DNA of 64,000 bases from a virus (IMGVR_UViG_3300012979_000004:35928-99927); one strand, 5' to 3'. Positions 34,601 through 48,948 are shown, counted from the stretch's first letter. Program-made: numbers and translations. The notes: generated by a model from the sequence alone, not told the origin.

Positions 34601-37600
34601 TGTAGGGTTACGCAAAGACTCTTCTGCGCTACGGTTTATTAATTCCGCAACTTCGTCTGCTACTTCGTCTGTAGTTTTATCTGACACCGGTTGATCTATG
34701 TCAGGTTTATTCAACTGTTTTGCAGCAGCCTCTATATACTTTATAGAAATTGCATTTTGACGTTCATTATTTGCGTCTCGAATAATGTCCATCATTTCAG
34801 CAGTAGACTCAGCTTTGAATTGAGTTTCTTTTGTTATTCCTGTTTTTGGATCAACCTCTTTGACTGAATACAAAACACCGCCGTCTCTGGCAGTTCCCAA
34901 TACGGTAAGAGTACCTCCAGCGGATACACCGTCGAGTGTCGGACCCAATTGTACCGTAGACCCTGTTCTTACATCAGGGCTTGCGTTCATTCGTTTGGCA
35001 TCTCTTTCCGCGTAATCAGCAAGTACTCTTCGCTGCTGTTCTCTTACGAAATCACCAACATCATACTCGTCGATTACATATTTACCTTTTTCGTCAGTAG
35101 CTAAATTTTCACGATCTAATACAAAACGTTGTCCGTCGATAGTAGACGCCATAAGATTCTCATGCTCATCGTTGACGTCTCCGTTTGTTAAAAATACAAC
35201 ACTTCCGTTTTTAAGTTGTGCAGCCTTTACTTTATTCTTACCGTCACGGTAACGTATACGCATTACGTCTGATTCGGCCTGTTGTAATAATATATTAAGA
35301 TCGTCATTCTATCTCTGATTGGCACCTTCTCTTGTTGCCAACATGTTGTCGTACGCAACCAGAGCTCTTTTTATATTTATGTCTTCTGTAGACAAGTATT
35401 CATTTAAAAACCCGTCTATTCCACCATACGCATCTGCCAAATCGTCAATGTCTGTACCAAATACAGAATCTAAATTTGCCTTCATTGCGGATATAGCTCT
35501 GTCCAAATCGTTTCTTTCGTTTTGAGTGGTAATCATGTACCCAGTCTAATACGAATCTCTAACAGCCTTTGCGTGATTAGAACTATCGCGATTCTGCTGT
35601 TCTATCTGCTGTGCATAGGACGCACCTCTATATGACATCAATTCAGTATAGTAATCAAACAGGTGTTGTTTGTCTTCAACAGACGTCATTGTTCCAGCCA
35701 TACGACTTACAATAGAAGCAACGTTTTCACTAGAAGCGTTTACTATAGCATCTTCAATAGCTTGCCAATTGTCTCCGAAGTGTTTCGATGCTTTTTTTTG
35801 TGCATTTTTGTAACGATATCTTGCACTTAATACGTTCACGCCACCTGCAGAACCAAGTACGAATTGCGACAACGCCACACCACCTACAATATCCCAGAAG
35901 TTGTCTTCGCTAGTAATGTCTTCCCAAAACGATTTGCCAGAATCACTCACTCCAAACGCGTATTCTAACGCCATTCCATAATACTCTTCAAGCGACTCTC
36001 CTACAAATCCGTGATATTTCGCAGCATGTAAGAAATCGCTGACTTTTCCTTTTGCAAGCGGGTTGTACTTTTGGAATATGTCAATCGCATCATTAATAGC
36101 TTTGGCGCCACGTAGCATGTTCTTAGCAACAGCGTTCACACCAACAACGTCCGCGAGAGATTGATCTTTTTTAGACTTATATATCGCTTTTCTTACAGTA
36201 CGATTGAGTGGTTTGAACATGTTTGTAAAAATATTGTATTCACCCAAAGCCTCTGAAAAGTTTTCAATCCAAGCTCTTGTCTCAGCCTGCCATACCGCTT
36301 CTTGCCAATCCAAACCTTTTTTAAACCCTGTACCTGTAATCTTACCGCTTTGGTCGATGTTGTAATCTATCAAACCTGTATGTAATTCCAATACGTCGGA
36401 GGCGGTTTTTGCAGATTGTACGGTGTTAGATAACGCTAACGCTTGCAACGCATCGCCACTAAGTCTAGTTGCAAGTCCAGGAATTTGTTTTATATTTCTA
36501 GCAAGGATTGCTTTAACGCCACTCTTTCCATACTGCTCAATTGCTTCACGAACAGCTGCTTTCTGCATAGATTTTCCAAGTTCTCCAGACAAGAATTTTA
36601 CAGCACTCTTTACGCCTGCTTTAGCGGATGATTTTGCAACACTGGCCAAACCATGGCTACCTATCGCCATATCCAACATAAACGGAAGCGATTCTGCAAA
36701 CATTTCTCCAGCACTTACACCCCACGCGTCCTGATATTCATCGTATTTATCGTTTAACACTGCGTCAAGCGCAGCTGCGTTTAAGAAGTCCTGTTGCTCG
36801 TTATTTAAAGTAAATCCTTTGTCTTTAACGTCTTTTATTTCTGCAGCAACTATAGCTTTTTTTATATCAGACACTCCAAAATCCCATAATGTAGGATCGG
36901 TGACCTTTTTGAAAAACGATACACCAACGTTAGACGCTTTTTCTAATAAATTTGTATCACCCTTATAGAAGAGATCGTTTATTTCTTGGTATTTCAACGC
37001 CTTGTCCACAGTGTGCAAGCTTTCCACCAAGGTGTTGTATCGCTCACGATCTTCTCCCAATGCCATCTAATATACGCCAGCTCTCAAAGCACTAAAAGGC
37101 AAACTCGCACCTTTAAGAGCTCGACCGACAATGCTTTCATCGTTTTCAAATTGCGCAACGGCTTTAGGTATGTTGTGAGCATCTTCTATGATACGCATTT
37201 CGTTTTCAATCTGACTTTTTAACTACACCGCCTGTTGATCTGCATTTGGGTTCGTGGAAGACCCAAGACGATTTGCGTTCTTAGTGATATCCTTTATCCT
37301 GTTTACGCGGGCTTGTATTTCGCTTGGGGTCAACTACCCGTTGTCCAAGTCACCGCCTTTTGAAAAAATATCTTTTGCAACGCTACGCAGAGTTTCTGGA
37401 AGTTCGTTAATGCTGTTTGGTAAACCGTTCACCGATATCCATTTTTCAATTAGATCGATCTTAGTTTGTCTTGCGTTATTTCTTCGCTCTAGTTCATTGA
37501 TTCTTTTAGCAAGCGGTTTAAGCTGTGTTTTATCAGAGTTTGGGTTTTTATCTATATCCAAATACTGCTGTTTTAACCGCTTTGTTAGTGCTATATCGTC

Positions 37601-38263
37601 CTTATAACGTTTTGTAGCCAAAGCGTGAAAGCTGTCTGCAGCAATGCCACCACGCGCTACATACTTGTTAATGAGATCTACATTTAATTCATATTCCTCT
37701 TGTAGTTGTTGCAACTAATTGTCTATCTTATCAATCTGTGCCGACTCGTTGGCATTATTGCTTTTTTGTAATATAGTTCCACCGTCTACAGGAGATACGC
37801 CTACAACCTGTAACTATGCACTATCTTGAATTTGTTTTTTCTTATTCTCTAATACGTCACGTCGTTTTTTGTAATCGGTTTCTATCTTTTTGAGCTCTGC
37901 CGTAATTGTATCACGCTGTATTTTGCTACTTGTTTTTTCTGTAGTGTTACCAATCACAATATCTCTCTCGTCAGACTTAGCTGTTTGTCTACGTGCTTGT
38001 GGTTCGGCAGAAGATTCAGTTTTAATACTTGACGATGTAACGCCTTCGATCGAACTAGCGTCAATTTTATTCTACTCAGCACGTCTTCTATCTTCTTCCT
38101 ATTCGGCTTTACGTTTCGCCTCCAAGATTTCAAGCTAGGCTTCCATTGCATCATATTCTGCTATTCGCCTACGTCTTTCGTTATTGACTGCTTCCATTTC
38201 GCGCCGCATTGCGCTACTGTATCTTTGCAAACCGTCGCCGTTAAAATTATATCGTGTCACCAT
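19604..38263 (-). CDS. Giant virion RNA polymerase polyprotein, 6219 aa (TAG read as Gln)
   Basis: 26 ORF-track fragments in one frame, from ATG 38263 to TAA-TAA at 19604. Two-barrel RNAP motifs GYRIPTQ, GSDYDIDK (25838-25852) and HVDAAKDP. Also HExxH twice, PD-(D/E)XK, macro-like and NADAR domains. Confidence 0.92.
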
Positions 38264-38265
38264 AA

Positions 38266-40011
38266 TTAAAAGTTTATATCTTTTGCGTCACTTGTCCCAA
38301 CAATGTCTGTAGATTCAACACGGTCGAGTTCTGACATGTATGTATTCCATCCTGGAGTTGGTGTGTAATAATAAGGACTGTTGATATTACCATCGTATTC
38401 TCCGACTTTGACAAGCATTGGTATCTTTTCGCCACCTAGATCAAATACATATTCTTTATATTTGTCAATAGTCTCAGGGGTTCCGTTTTTACCTTTCATA
38501 GAAATGTCTGCGGAATATCCGATTTCATATACAGACAACGGGTAATCAACGGAATTGTTCTTTGCGTTACTTAAATACTATAGAATATCTTGTCTATCTC
38601 TATTGTCAACCTTGCCCAAAGTGTTTGACGCTCCATATGCGTTTGACATAACCTGATTGGGACTATACATGTTGTTTAACATTTTTTCATCAACAATAAC
38701 CGGCTTTACATTTTGACTATATGATGTCCTAATATTCTTCCATACGTCATATGCATTTGCACCTTTTTTACCGACTACACCTTTTAACGCCATTTTTTGA
38801 GCTTTTTCAAGAGTTAACATCTCATAGCGTTTTCCGTCATCATCGACATAATCTCCACCGTGTTGTGTAGGAATGAATACCGACGTTACCTATCTTCCGT
38901 CTTTACCTGTCAGTGTCATTGTTTTTGCATAAACAGGTTCTTTGTGAACGCTTCCATCTTTCGTCTTGGTCGTCTTGTAGTATGCAACTGCATTTCTAGA
39001 AAGATCCCTAATGTGTTCTAGCGAGCTTGCTGTCATAGATGCAAATCTAGAATAGCCATCAGGGTTGTCTTTTCTTGCGCCACCTTGGCTTTTTCCCGTA
39101 TGCTTTACGTTTGTATTGTCGCCTGTGTTGTCTTTTGGATAACCAGTGGTACTCCAATATTGGTTTATAGCCTGTTGTGTGTCGTACGCACTCTTATAAT
39201 AAGGATTCACCTCTCTGTCTATCATGAGTCTGTCGCTGTTCCTATTTACAACCATGTCTTCAAATATGGTTTTTGCGACATCTTTGTCACCCCCTGCTGC
39301 TTCTAACGCCTGTTCATAAAAAAACTGACCTTGTCCACCGTCGTTAATTATATCTGGAACGTTTTGACGTATTACATTACGCAAATCATCTTCTGTTATA
39401 GTGCTATAATTGTATCCGTCTCTCTTTGATTTAGTCAAAGCATCATCGTACTTTGGCTTGAGGTGCTTAAACCAATCATCTGAAAACGTATGTAGATCTT
39501 GGTACATGCCTGGTGCTAATCTATCCCACACCCTAACCTCTTCTGTATTTGGATCTATTGTCTAAAAATTGTTCAGCTTTGCGTTCTTCAACAACCAATC
39601 TTCATATTCTTTATTATACGTGCCATTTGCTACGGCTTCAGCTACGGCTCTATCGTATATTTTTCTGTTTTCTGCATTTTGACGTATTACATTGAGTTCT
39701 GCTGTAGGTACACCTGCTATATACCTGCTGATGGCAGCTCTAGCTTCTGGGTTCTTAAAAGGATCGCCACCCATTGCGTATATTTGATCGATTAGCTATT
39801 TAGCTCCACCAACGGTCATCTTGTAATAAGTTTCTGTATCACCTTCAATAGGACTATAGAAATCGCTGTAAGATTTCAAAAAGTCCTTATATTCCTCTTG
39901 ACCTTTTTCATATTGGTCTTTAACCCCTGCGATGTACATCTTCATAAGGTCTGTATCGTATACTCCCATAGAAGGCATCTAAACAGGGGTTTCATATCCC
40001 ATAAATACCAT
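38266..40011 (-). CDS. Virion cargo protein, 581 aa (TAG read as Gln)
   Basis: Five fragments in one frame; ATG 40011 (MVFMGYETPVQMPS) to TAA 38266; lies immediately upstream of the RNAP gene. Confidence 0.8.
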
Positions 40012-40021
40012 AATAAATTAC

Positions 40022-41872
40022 TTATTTAATTCCCTTGAGATCTAAATCTTCGCGATATAATCCAATGTTTTTGTTACCCCAATATGTGTTATACAACGTT
40101 TGGAACATGTTGTTGAGATCGCCCCTTCTTGTAGCGTTGATAGAATCCAGTGTTGCTCGTTTTTGAGCATATGCCCTAGCTTTATCCTGATTGTATGCAG
40201 ATCTAGACTGTTGCCTACGACTAGCATCTGATTCACCCATCTGCATTAACATCTGTGCATACTGCTGTCTCATTACGTTTTCTCGATCTTGTTTGTTTGC
40301 AACAACATTCGATTTGTTTTTAATTACATTGTTGTAAAGCTGACCAAGCATAGCCATCTTTTGACCTGGTGAATACGCAGACTGTGAGATTGCATAACGT
40401 GCTTTACTAGCTTCGTCGTCAATCATCTGTATCTCAGGTAAGATGTTTACAGTAGATGGCATAAACTAACCTATCTGAGATGCGTATCTATTCGGTGCGT
40501 AAGATTCATTTACATGTATTGGTTGTTTTTCTATAGCTTTTATTCTAGCCCTGCTATCGATATCGTTCAGCAGATAATTAAAGGCTGGTATCGCATAACC
40601 ATAATCATACATCGGTATACCGTTGTTGTGTTTTGGTGCTACTTTGTTTGTCATATTTTGTCTATTTAAAAGCTCTCTAAGGCCTGTTTTAGCCCACTCA
40701 CGCTGTTCTTTTGTTGCATATGGACTATTTAACAACTCTACCATAGAACGTCCTTCTACGGCCAATCTTTCGCCTGTATAAGGGTCTATTTTATTTCCAA
40801 TTACTCCTTCTTTTGTACTTCCTTTATCTAGTTTTACTGGGATGTTGTCTACCCTCTCTGGTGTAAACGGTGTGATAGGAAACATGTCTGCTGCTATTAC
40901 GTTACCGCGTTTGTCTACTTTCACTATAGGCTCACCTCCCTGTACAAGAGCATTTGGGTTCTTTGTTTCTACAGACAATCCCTTGTCTGCATGCTTTGCA
41001 TAAAATTCATTTCTAATGCCTTCAGATGCAGCTTCAGATGCAGATTGTGTGTTGTAAGCATCGGCTGCTTGTGCGTAAGTACGTTTAGCTTCTTCTATCT
41101 TTCTTTGGCGTTCACGTCTAGCTTTATTCCCACCAAACAAACCTCCGATCGTACCAATAACACCTCCTATACCGGCTCCTAAAATAGTACCTAAGCCAGG
41201 CACAACAGATCCTACTATACTACCCAATCCAGCGCCTGCTTCAAACCCAGACACTGCTCCTTGTATCTTACTGGCCTTGTTTTGATCTTTAACATATTTA
41301 TCAACACCGGCTACGTCATATCCTCCCATTGTGTCATACGCAACACCGTTGACGTATTCTGTATTTCTAGCTGCAGTATTTGATATATCTCCTGCCGATA
41401 GTGTTTCGGAATCATTCCAGTTCTAAATCATGTTGTATCCACCGTGCAGAACGTTGTACGCACTAAGTGCTAAGTTGGCAGCGCCTACAGCTTTAGAAGC
41501 AGCTGATTTGGCACCTTCTTTTGCTACTTTTAAACCTTCCTGATACACTGCGTTTTGTGCGGCTTCTCCTGTCTGTTTCGCAGCAAGACTACCAAACTTT
41601 TCTCCTATGTCAGCTGCTGTTTTATTGAACGTAGTTACGTATTTGGAAGCATCTTTACCTATCTGCATTAGCGGTTGTGATACACTCTGTATTCCAGATG
41701 ATATTGCATTCGGCACAAATGAATTTGTAATACGTTCTGCATTTTTTGTAGAATATCCAACCTAAACCTAATTTGGGTTTGTTTGATAACCGCTACTTAT
41801 TGGCTAAGTGCCAATGTCGTATTTAGGGACATTCGAGTATTTCCTTAAACGGCTGTAATCTATTTCTTTCAT
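40022..41872 (-). CDS. Ejection/cargo protein with a glycine-zipper membrane segment, 616 aa (TAG read as Gln)
   Basis: Three fragments in one frame; GAVSGFEAGAGLGSIVGSVVPGLGTILGAGIGGVIGTIGGLFGG followed by a coiled coil. Confidence 0.8.
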
Positions 41873-41874
41873 TG

Positions 41875-44800
41875 TTAACTATACGATTGTCTAAATTTAG
41901 TAATTATGTGAGAGATACAATAATCTTTTTGTGGGTTGCTGTCTGTGATACGTTCTACCATCCATTTACCTCTCAACCTGCCTCCATAATACCCGTTTTG
42001 TACTACATCTGTAGATCTAGGTATACTATAGCAAATATTACCCTCCCTGTCGGTAAGCTTTTCTGGCTTGGTGCCACTTTCTGTTCTACATACATCTGTC
42101 TCAAACGCGTATTCTTTACCTTCAAAATAACCATCGGCAAATTCCGAATGCTCGTCATTCAAATAATCGGGCATAAGGTTTAACGAACCTTTGTTGGTTC
42201 TATCCTTTTTCAACACTACTACTTTTTGATTATCGAACACTTTGGTTTGAGATGGAGATGAATTTACTACAAATTCTAGAATTGTAGGAGATAGAAATTT
42301 ATTTCCGTTTGCTTCACCTGCTTTTATATAGTTGTATTTATTACACAACAGCTACAACTCATCGTTTATTTCTAATCCGATTAACACGTTTTCAAAAGAG
42401 ATTATATCAGAATAACTTCTCGTATATACAGATTGTGCAACGTTTAATTTAGTATTAAACACCAATTGTTGACGTGTTGAATTTGAAAACGGAGTCTGTA
42501 AAAAGTTGCAAAGAAGTTCATTATGCTGAATGTCGTAATGAATTGTTGGAGTCGTGTTTGTGTCTATGTACTTATTTATCACATTTTGAACATTTAGCAA
42601 CTCTCCGTAATTTACGACATTGTTGGAATCGTACATTACAACTGCTCTGTTTTCTATATCTATCCAAAATATAGAATTTTCTGTAAGTGTGTCGCAGAAA
42701 GCATGTTTCTACATTCCGTATTTAGTGCTTATGTAATCTACATTTTGCAAAACACCGCCTTTTCCAAGAACTATTTGTTCTCCGTTGTCGTCTGTGACAA
42801 GACTTCTTTCATTTACACTCAACTTTCCAAATGCTGAATTTTGCCAAAAGTACACATTTGAGTCTTTTGATTTAAGTTCTGTAACATCACCAAAATTCGT
42901 ATCAGCGTCTATGAAATCTGCGGGTTTGAATATCTACCAATTGTCTATCTTTTCTCCATTTGTCTTAAACTGAGAATACGCTATTCTTTGAGGATAGTTT
43001 GTTATATCTTCTTCTGATTCCTGTTTAAGAAAATGTGTACTTATACTCCAATCGTTATCCGAATATATTCTATTGTATTGATGCAACGGCCTTGACTGAG
43101 ATGTTACACCTTCTATTTGTCCTGGCTCCAACATTAGATTAGGAGATTCTGTATTTCTATAGTTCATACCATAATCAAACATAACGTTTATCTTTGATTC
43201 GGTAGGAATATAATACACAACCTATCCTGATTGTATTGTATACTTTCTGTCGTTGAAGTCGTACGTTTTAAATAGATTTGTAAATTCGGAGTAGTTCTAA
43301 TAAACGTCACCGTCGAATACGTATGCAGTGTATTGAGAACCGACTCCTGTTGACTTAGGCAGTTCAAAATAATTACCAAATCCGTAGTAAGGATCTCTAG
43401 TGTCGTATGGGGTTGGGTTGTGTTGTATGTTTGCTACAATCGTTCCGTGTTCGTGATATGATATTTGTGTATCGCCGAATCCAGGTCTAGACGGAGCCTC
43501 GTTTTCTAATCCCGATGGTACAAACTTAACAAATACATCTGGGCGCCCTTCTGCAGCGTAACTAAAAGCAATTATTTTAGATTCGGTACTAGATAGATTG
43601 TTCATCAGTTCGTAATATTGCGCTCCTTCTCCAAAGTTGTCGACTATCTGATCTATAGTCAACTCATATACGCGATTATATCCGATGAACAATTCCATTG
43701 CGCTAGAACTTACATTCCTTATTACATAATCTGCAACAGGGTCTTTATCTTCAGTCTCTCCGGTAACATAATACAGCTCCCACCCGTATTGTTCACTCGG
43801 TAAGTCTGGCTCTTGTGGGGTGTCAGGTTCTTGTGGTGTGTCTGGTTCTGTCTAATTTTCCTATGGTGTAAATTGTACAAATACATCAGGCCTACCACTA
43901 GTTGCCACGCTGAACGCGATTATCTTAGATTCTGTTTCAGATAACTTGTCCATTAAGTCGACGTATTGTGCTTCTGTAAACAACCCCTCGAGTACAAAAT
44001 CATCAGCCTGAGGCAATGCATTATTTTTAAATATCTATACAACTTCTTCATCAACCTCCCTGATTACGTGATCTGCAACAGGATCTTTGTCTTCTGATGC
44101 TCCTGTTACATTTAACAACTCCCATACAATTGTTGTAGCTACGGCATACGAAGCAGGAGTGCTTCTTAAAGAGAATGTGTTTACTGTCGATTGTACAGGC
44201 CAGTGGGTATACAACGATGTTCCAGTTGGGGGTTTTTCTGTTTTTAGCAATAAACATACTGGCCCCGGTCCAATCCATCCGTATGAATTTTGAAACGTCC
44301 TGTCTCCTGGGAGTTGATATACATAATCAGAGCCGTCTTCTGTGTTTCCTGGTTGAGTCGCTGCTTCGTTTTTAGACGCAGCCAGGTTGTACATGCCACA
44401 TGCGCACCAATTTACATATGTATCCCCGTGTATAGGAGTAGAATACGATTTGTACTGCTTAACTGCTTGTTCCACACGCATTTTATTGCTAGAATCAAGC
44501 TACACAGAAGAGAACCCATCACTCCATTCTGGGTTTTTTACATCAGCCGATGCTAAAATATTAATATTTTCTGCTCCGTTTATTACCGTATTTCCGAACA
44601 ATGTAAATACTGTGCACCTGTCTACTTTTTCAGAAGGATCTGCGAACTTTATATTGTCTATAAAATCTTTTTGGCCACCGTCACCAATTGCATTTGGAGT
44701 TATAGCTGCATTTGCGCACGTACCAGGCGATAAAAGATGTTTATTAAATAGGTAAAATCCGTCTTTTATTTCATGCACATCTGAACCATCACTGTTTTCC

Positions 44801-46890
44801 AATCTGGATGTATATCCTACACCTGTGCCGTTAGATACATTGTCCAGAATCGAAAGACTTGTTGGATATGATGCCGTGGCATTCATGGTAAATTTCTTAG
44901 GATATATCATTGTATCTGCCACATGTTCCCCATAGGTGTAGTAATATGAAAATGGGCTAATCCATGTTTTTTCACCAGACAAACTAGACTACACATCGTT
45001 TCTATATATATTTATTTCTGGACAAAATGCCTGATACAATGTGAAGTTTTCAACATTGGTGGCTCCTTTATCGAAATTCACTCTCTTTCGCATCACGCTT
45101 TCGCCGTTGATATCTGGCCTGGTTGCTGTACCTGATTCGTCTACATCTGACCATAACTCGTCTACAGGTGTTATGTTTGAAAGATTGGAATCTGTGTGAA
45201 TGTCCAACTGTTGTCTAAACGTAGACGCGTAATACATGAACTGTGTAGTTAATAATACATTTGGGTAATATGGCGTTCTATATGAATCGGACATATATTT
45301 ACCCTGTCTAGATGGTCTAGATAATGCTACTTGAAATAAATTTTTAGAGTGTGCATACGACTTATCTCTTCTTACTATTTCAAATCCAACAATGTTTCTA
45401 GCACTCCAATTCCCGCTGATTGTAAACTACATGCCGATCGGTGATGCAGTGTGCATGTTTGAAAAAGGTCTTACACCTGCTGTACTTGTGTCGGGCGTTG
45501 ATATTTGCTATACGTAAGACTTTCTGCCGTACTTGTCATAGAATACAATTCCGTAATCGTATTTTTCGTCATATCTGAGGGATCTTAATAAACTAGATGT
45601 AAACATTTCGTCGTAGTTTATGTGCCCTTTATAATCCACACCGCAATTCTACAAATATGTGCCAATTGTAACATGTGTTGCTGAAGATCGTATCTAGCCT
45701 TCATGATCTGTGTGAGATGTTTCAACGTGCGGTATCTAATCCTTGTTTGACTCGGTGTTGTACAAATCAACATCGCTCAATCTTATATCGGTCTAAGCAA
45801 TAGAAGCATAACAATTTATACCACTGACATCGTTCATTACAGTGTCATCTTTGACAGATGCTTGAAACAAGTATCCTTGATTTGATTCTATGATCTATGG
45901 TATCAATATCTACTAAAACAGTGCCGAAAACTCATCTATTGTGTATGTTTGTAATTCTGTACCGCCGTTGTCTATAAACTGTATATCTTGCGCACCAGCT
46001 GGTATTTTTTTATCACATATCAGATATATATTTGGTTTTTCTCCGTGTTTTATGTAGCTGATTCTAAATATCTAGCAGTAGTCGAATATATTAGAAGCTT
46101 CTGTAGGAACTACAATTTTTATTTTCATTCCTATGTTTGTTACAGTGTCTTCTGCGTTTCCTATCTCTGTGTGACGATTGTCTCCAATTATGTGTATTTT
46201 ATTAGTAAGCGGAGACAGTTTGCTAGTGCTTCCGTATTTTTTATAGAATCTATATGCGTATTGCACCTGTTGTGTTTTAAGAGATCCTCTATCTTTAGAT
46301 AGTATTGGTTTCTTAGAAGGGAAGTATGAACTGTTGCTTAAATAACGTTCGTTGCTTATATTGCTATAGTATTCTTGTATGTCGGTGTCGCCGTTTTTTA
46401 TAAAAAACTACATCACAGGATTTACTCCATCTGCAACATATAGTTTTATAACATCTTCTGTTTCTTTTATTATTACAGTAGAGAATTTATCTACACCCTC
46501 TTCTACCAATCTGGACGATGTGAATATGCGTTTTGTTGAAATGTATTCTTTGGATACAAACTCTACCACATACACACTCCAGTTCCCTTCTAATTCTTCT
46601 ACTATAACGGCGCCTATTGTACCAATAGAAGCAGTCGCCAACACCTTCAGCACGTTTTCGATCGCAAATTTATCGCCTAATACGTACACGCCGTCAACAA
46701 CAGGCGCTATAATATGTTCAGTGTTGTTAGAATCTATATCTCCGAACAAAAGTGTGTTGTTTGTAATTCGTATATTTTGACCAAATAAGTACTAATCCGA
46801 CCCAACCATGTCGTAAGAAGTATCAGAATTCATACCTTTTATAAAGGAGTTTATCTGATAATTGTTTGCAGTTCTTTGATTAGTATCCAT
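41875..46890 (-). CDS. Tail muzzle/stabilization protein (P22 gp10-like), 1671 aa (TAG read as Gln)
   Basis: Nine fragments in one frame; N-terminal INSFIKGMNSD...YLFGQNIRI, RSLRYDEKYDYGIVFYD, C-terminal TKVFDN and RLRGKWM. Confidence 0.85.
43804..43848 (-). repeat. 18-nt tandem repeat encoding the EPDTPQEPDTPQEPD linker
   Basis: gtctggctcttgtggggt / gtcaggttcttgtggtgt / gtctggttc. Confidence 0.75.
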
Positions 46891-47854
46891 AATAATAATC
46901 GTTTATAATTGTTTGTCTAGCACCCTGGTTTGTAAAGAACGCATCGTCTGAATCCCAATCAGGGATAAGTTTTGTCCAATCGTTCTTGATTGCTTTCATT
47001 TCACCAGCGTCTGGCATCATACACTCCGCATATGCTTGATTTCTGTAGAAGTGCCACTGTTGTTGTATATACTAGTATGTGTTAGCTGCTGTATTGACTC
47101 CTCGTTTACCACCAAGCTTACCTTTAAGGTATTTAGGGAAGCTTAGCTTCATGACCACATACCAGTAAACAGCTTCTTGATATGATGCTAAATCTGGTAT
47201 AACTGGATAACCCTTTTCGTCAACAAGTGTTCTTTTATAAGATAGCTTAATATACCCTTTTGGCATATTTGAAACAATCCATCCTGGTTTTATAAAATAA
47301 GTACAATCGTTGAACGGAAATCCTTTTGGGAACATTGTATCAAAGTACTTCATTCCGTTTTTAGTATACAATTGTGCATTACTTGTAATAGGCTGTTCTA
47401 TAAAACCCTCATGCTTTTCTTCATGTACACACGGCACTGTGTATTTTATAGCACACGCTGTACATTGACAATCTTCAGGGTGGTTTGGACAACTGTTGTC
47501 TTCTGGATCTTTTGGTACATTTGGGTGTTTTGGTTTATTGTTCCATAAATCATGAAAAGATCCTGTGTCTTTTCTCATGGGGTACCAAGGTCCGTTTGGA
47601 CTTGGACTATATGCCACAGCATCCAAGGCTTGTAATCCTCTAGGTATCGGTACCTGTCTGTTGTGGATTTTTAGTATAGGTTCGTGCCCTACTCCAGATT
47701 CTACTTGTTCGTACTAAGTAGGTGCCCCTATCTTATCAACAGCCTCGAAGATCCATTCTTTTATGTCTGTAATCTTTACATTCTTTTCAGACATATCTAA
47801 GTCCGCCATTATCTTAGCTATGACAGACTCACATCTTGTATAATTGTATATCAT
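46880..47854 (-). CDS. Tail tubular/ring protein, 324 aa (TAG read as Gln)
   Basis: MIYNYTRCESVIAKIMADLD...IKEWIFEAVDKIGAPTQY; DEKGYPVIPDLASYQEAVYWY; W.FYRNQAYAECMMP; ends TAA. Confidence 0.82.
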
Positions 47855-48287
47855 CGATGTTTATATAATCGTGTTTGTTAAATATTAGTTGAGCTAATTT
47901 ACGTTTGTTTTGACGCACTAAACTTAATTGATACATATAACGAGGTGAGAATGTCTTTGGTAACTTAGACCAGTATAATCTAAATTTATAACCATCAGAA
48001 TGCTCATTTAAGTGATATATACGTTTGCCGTATTCGTTACTAGCTTTGTAGTCTACAGATAATGATTTTGCAGTCATTGTCTTTGGTCTGTATTTACACA
48101 CTTGAATTAAACCTAGTCCGTACGGCATTTTAAAGCCCTCTGAGCGCTATAAAATCATTTCGCTTATAACTTCACACATTGTGTCTAAAATGCGCTTATA
48201 TACGCTGTATGGCACTTCTATTGGCACTTCGTTATACATATCGTAAAACGTATACGATTTCTTATTTTTCCTGATCTTGTGGGCCAT
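47829..48287 (-). CDS. IHF/HU-like protein of the crAss tail module, 152 aa (TAG read as Gln)
   Basis: FKMPYGLGLIQVCK...YHLNEHSDGYKFRLYWSK; one TAG at 48147; ends TGA. Confidence 0.75.
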
Positions 48288-48948
48288 GTGGTTTAATACC
48301 GTCTAATGTAGCGTTATTGTCATCATCGCTTGGCATCCTAACCATGAACGCTAGCTCGTTCTTAAATATTCTATTCTTAATCTCAGGTATCATCCAATTC
48401 GGTATCTCTACATCATCTTCGTTCATATCTTCGTCTATTGTTTCTTCAGCGATGTACTTAACCCAAATATAACCAAGGTATTCCATATCAACATTACCTG
48501 TTATGTATATAGTTCCGTTTTTGTAATACCATGTTAGGTCTCTACCTGTGTATTTTCTGTGCCAATGAAAATGTCTTCTTATATTGTTCATCAGCTGTAT
48601 TGGACACCCTTCTTGATCGAATACTGATATTATATTTACTGGATCCTTCTCAAACAAGTCTGGTATTTCTTCTGTAGTTTTTCTTAAGAACAGCGGTGTA
48701 GCATCCAATGATTTTACCATTTCCAATTGTAGGGGTCCTATCGTTTTAGTCAAACCTTCATCTACAAAATCATCATTGCCGTCTTCGTTTTCCTATCGTT
48801 CTTTTTCTTGCTTAGTTAATAATGCTTTATAGTGCATTACCCAAGCTATGATCTACGCTCTTGAGAAGTCTTCAGATTCGCTTATGTTATTGTTTCTTAC
48901 AATAAGCAGTATATCGTCAACAAGAGTACGTAATGAAAACATACTCAT
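48262..48948 (-). CDS. Tail ring/adaptor protein, 228 aa (TAG read as Gln)
   Basis: MFSLRTLVDDILLIVRNNNISESEDFSRA(Q)IIAW...PSDDDNNA; two TAGs; ends TAA. Confidence 0.78.
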
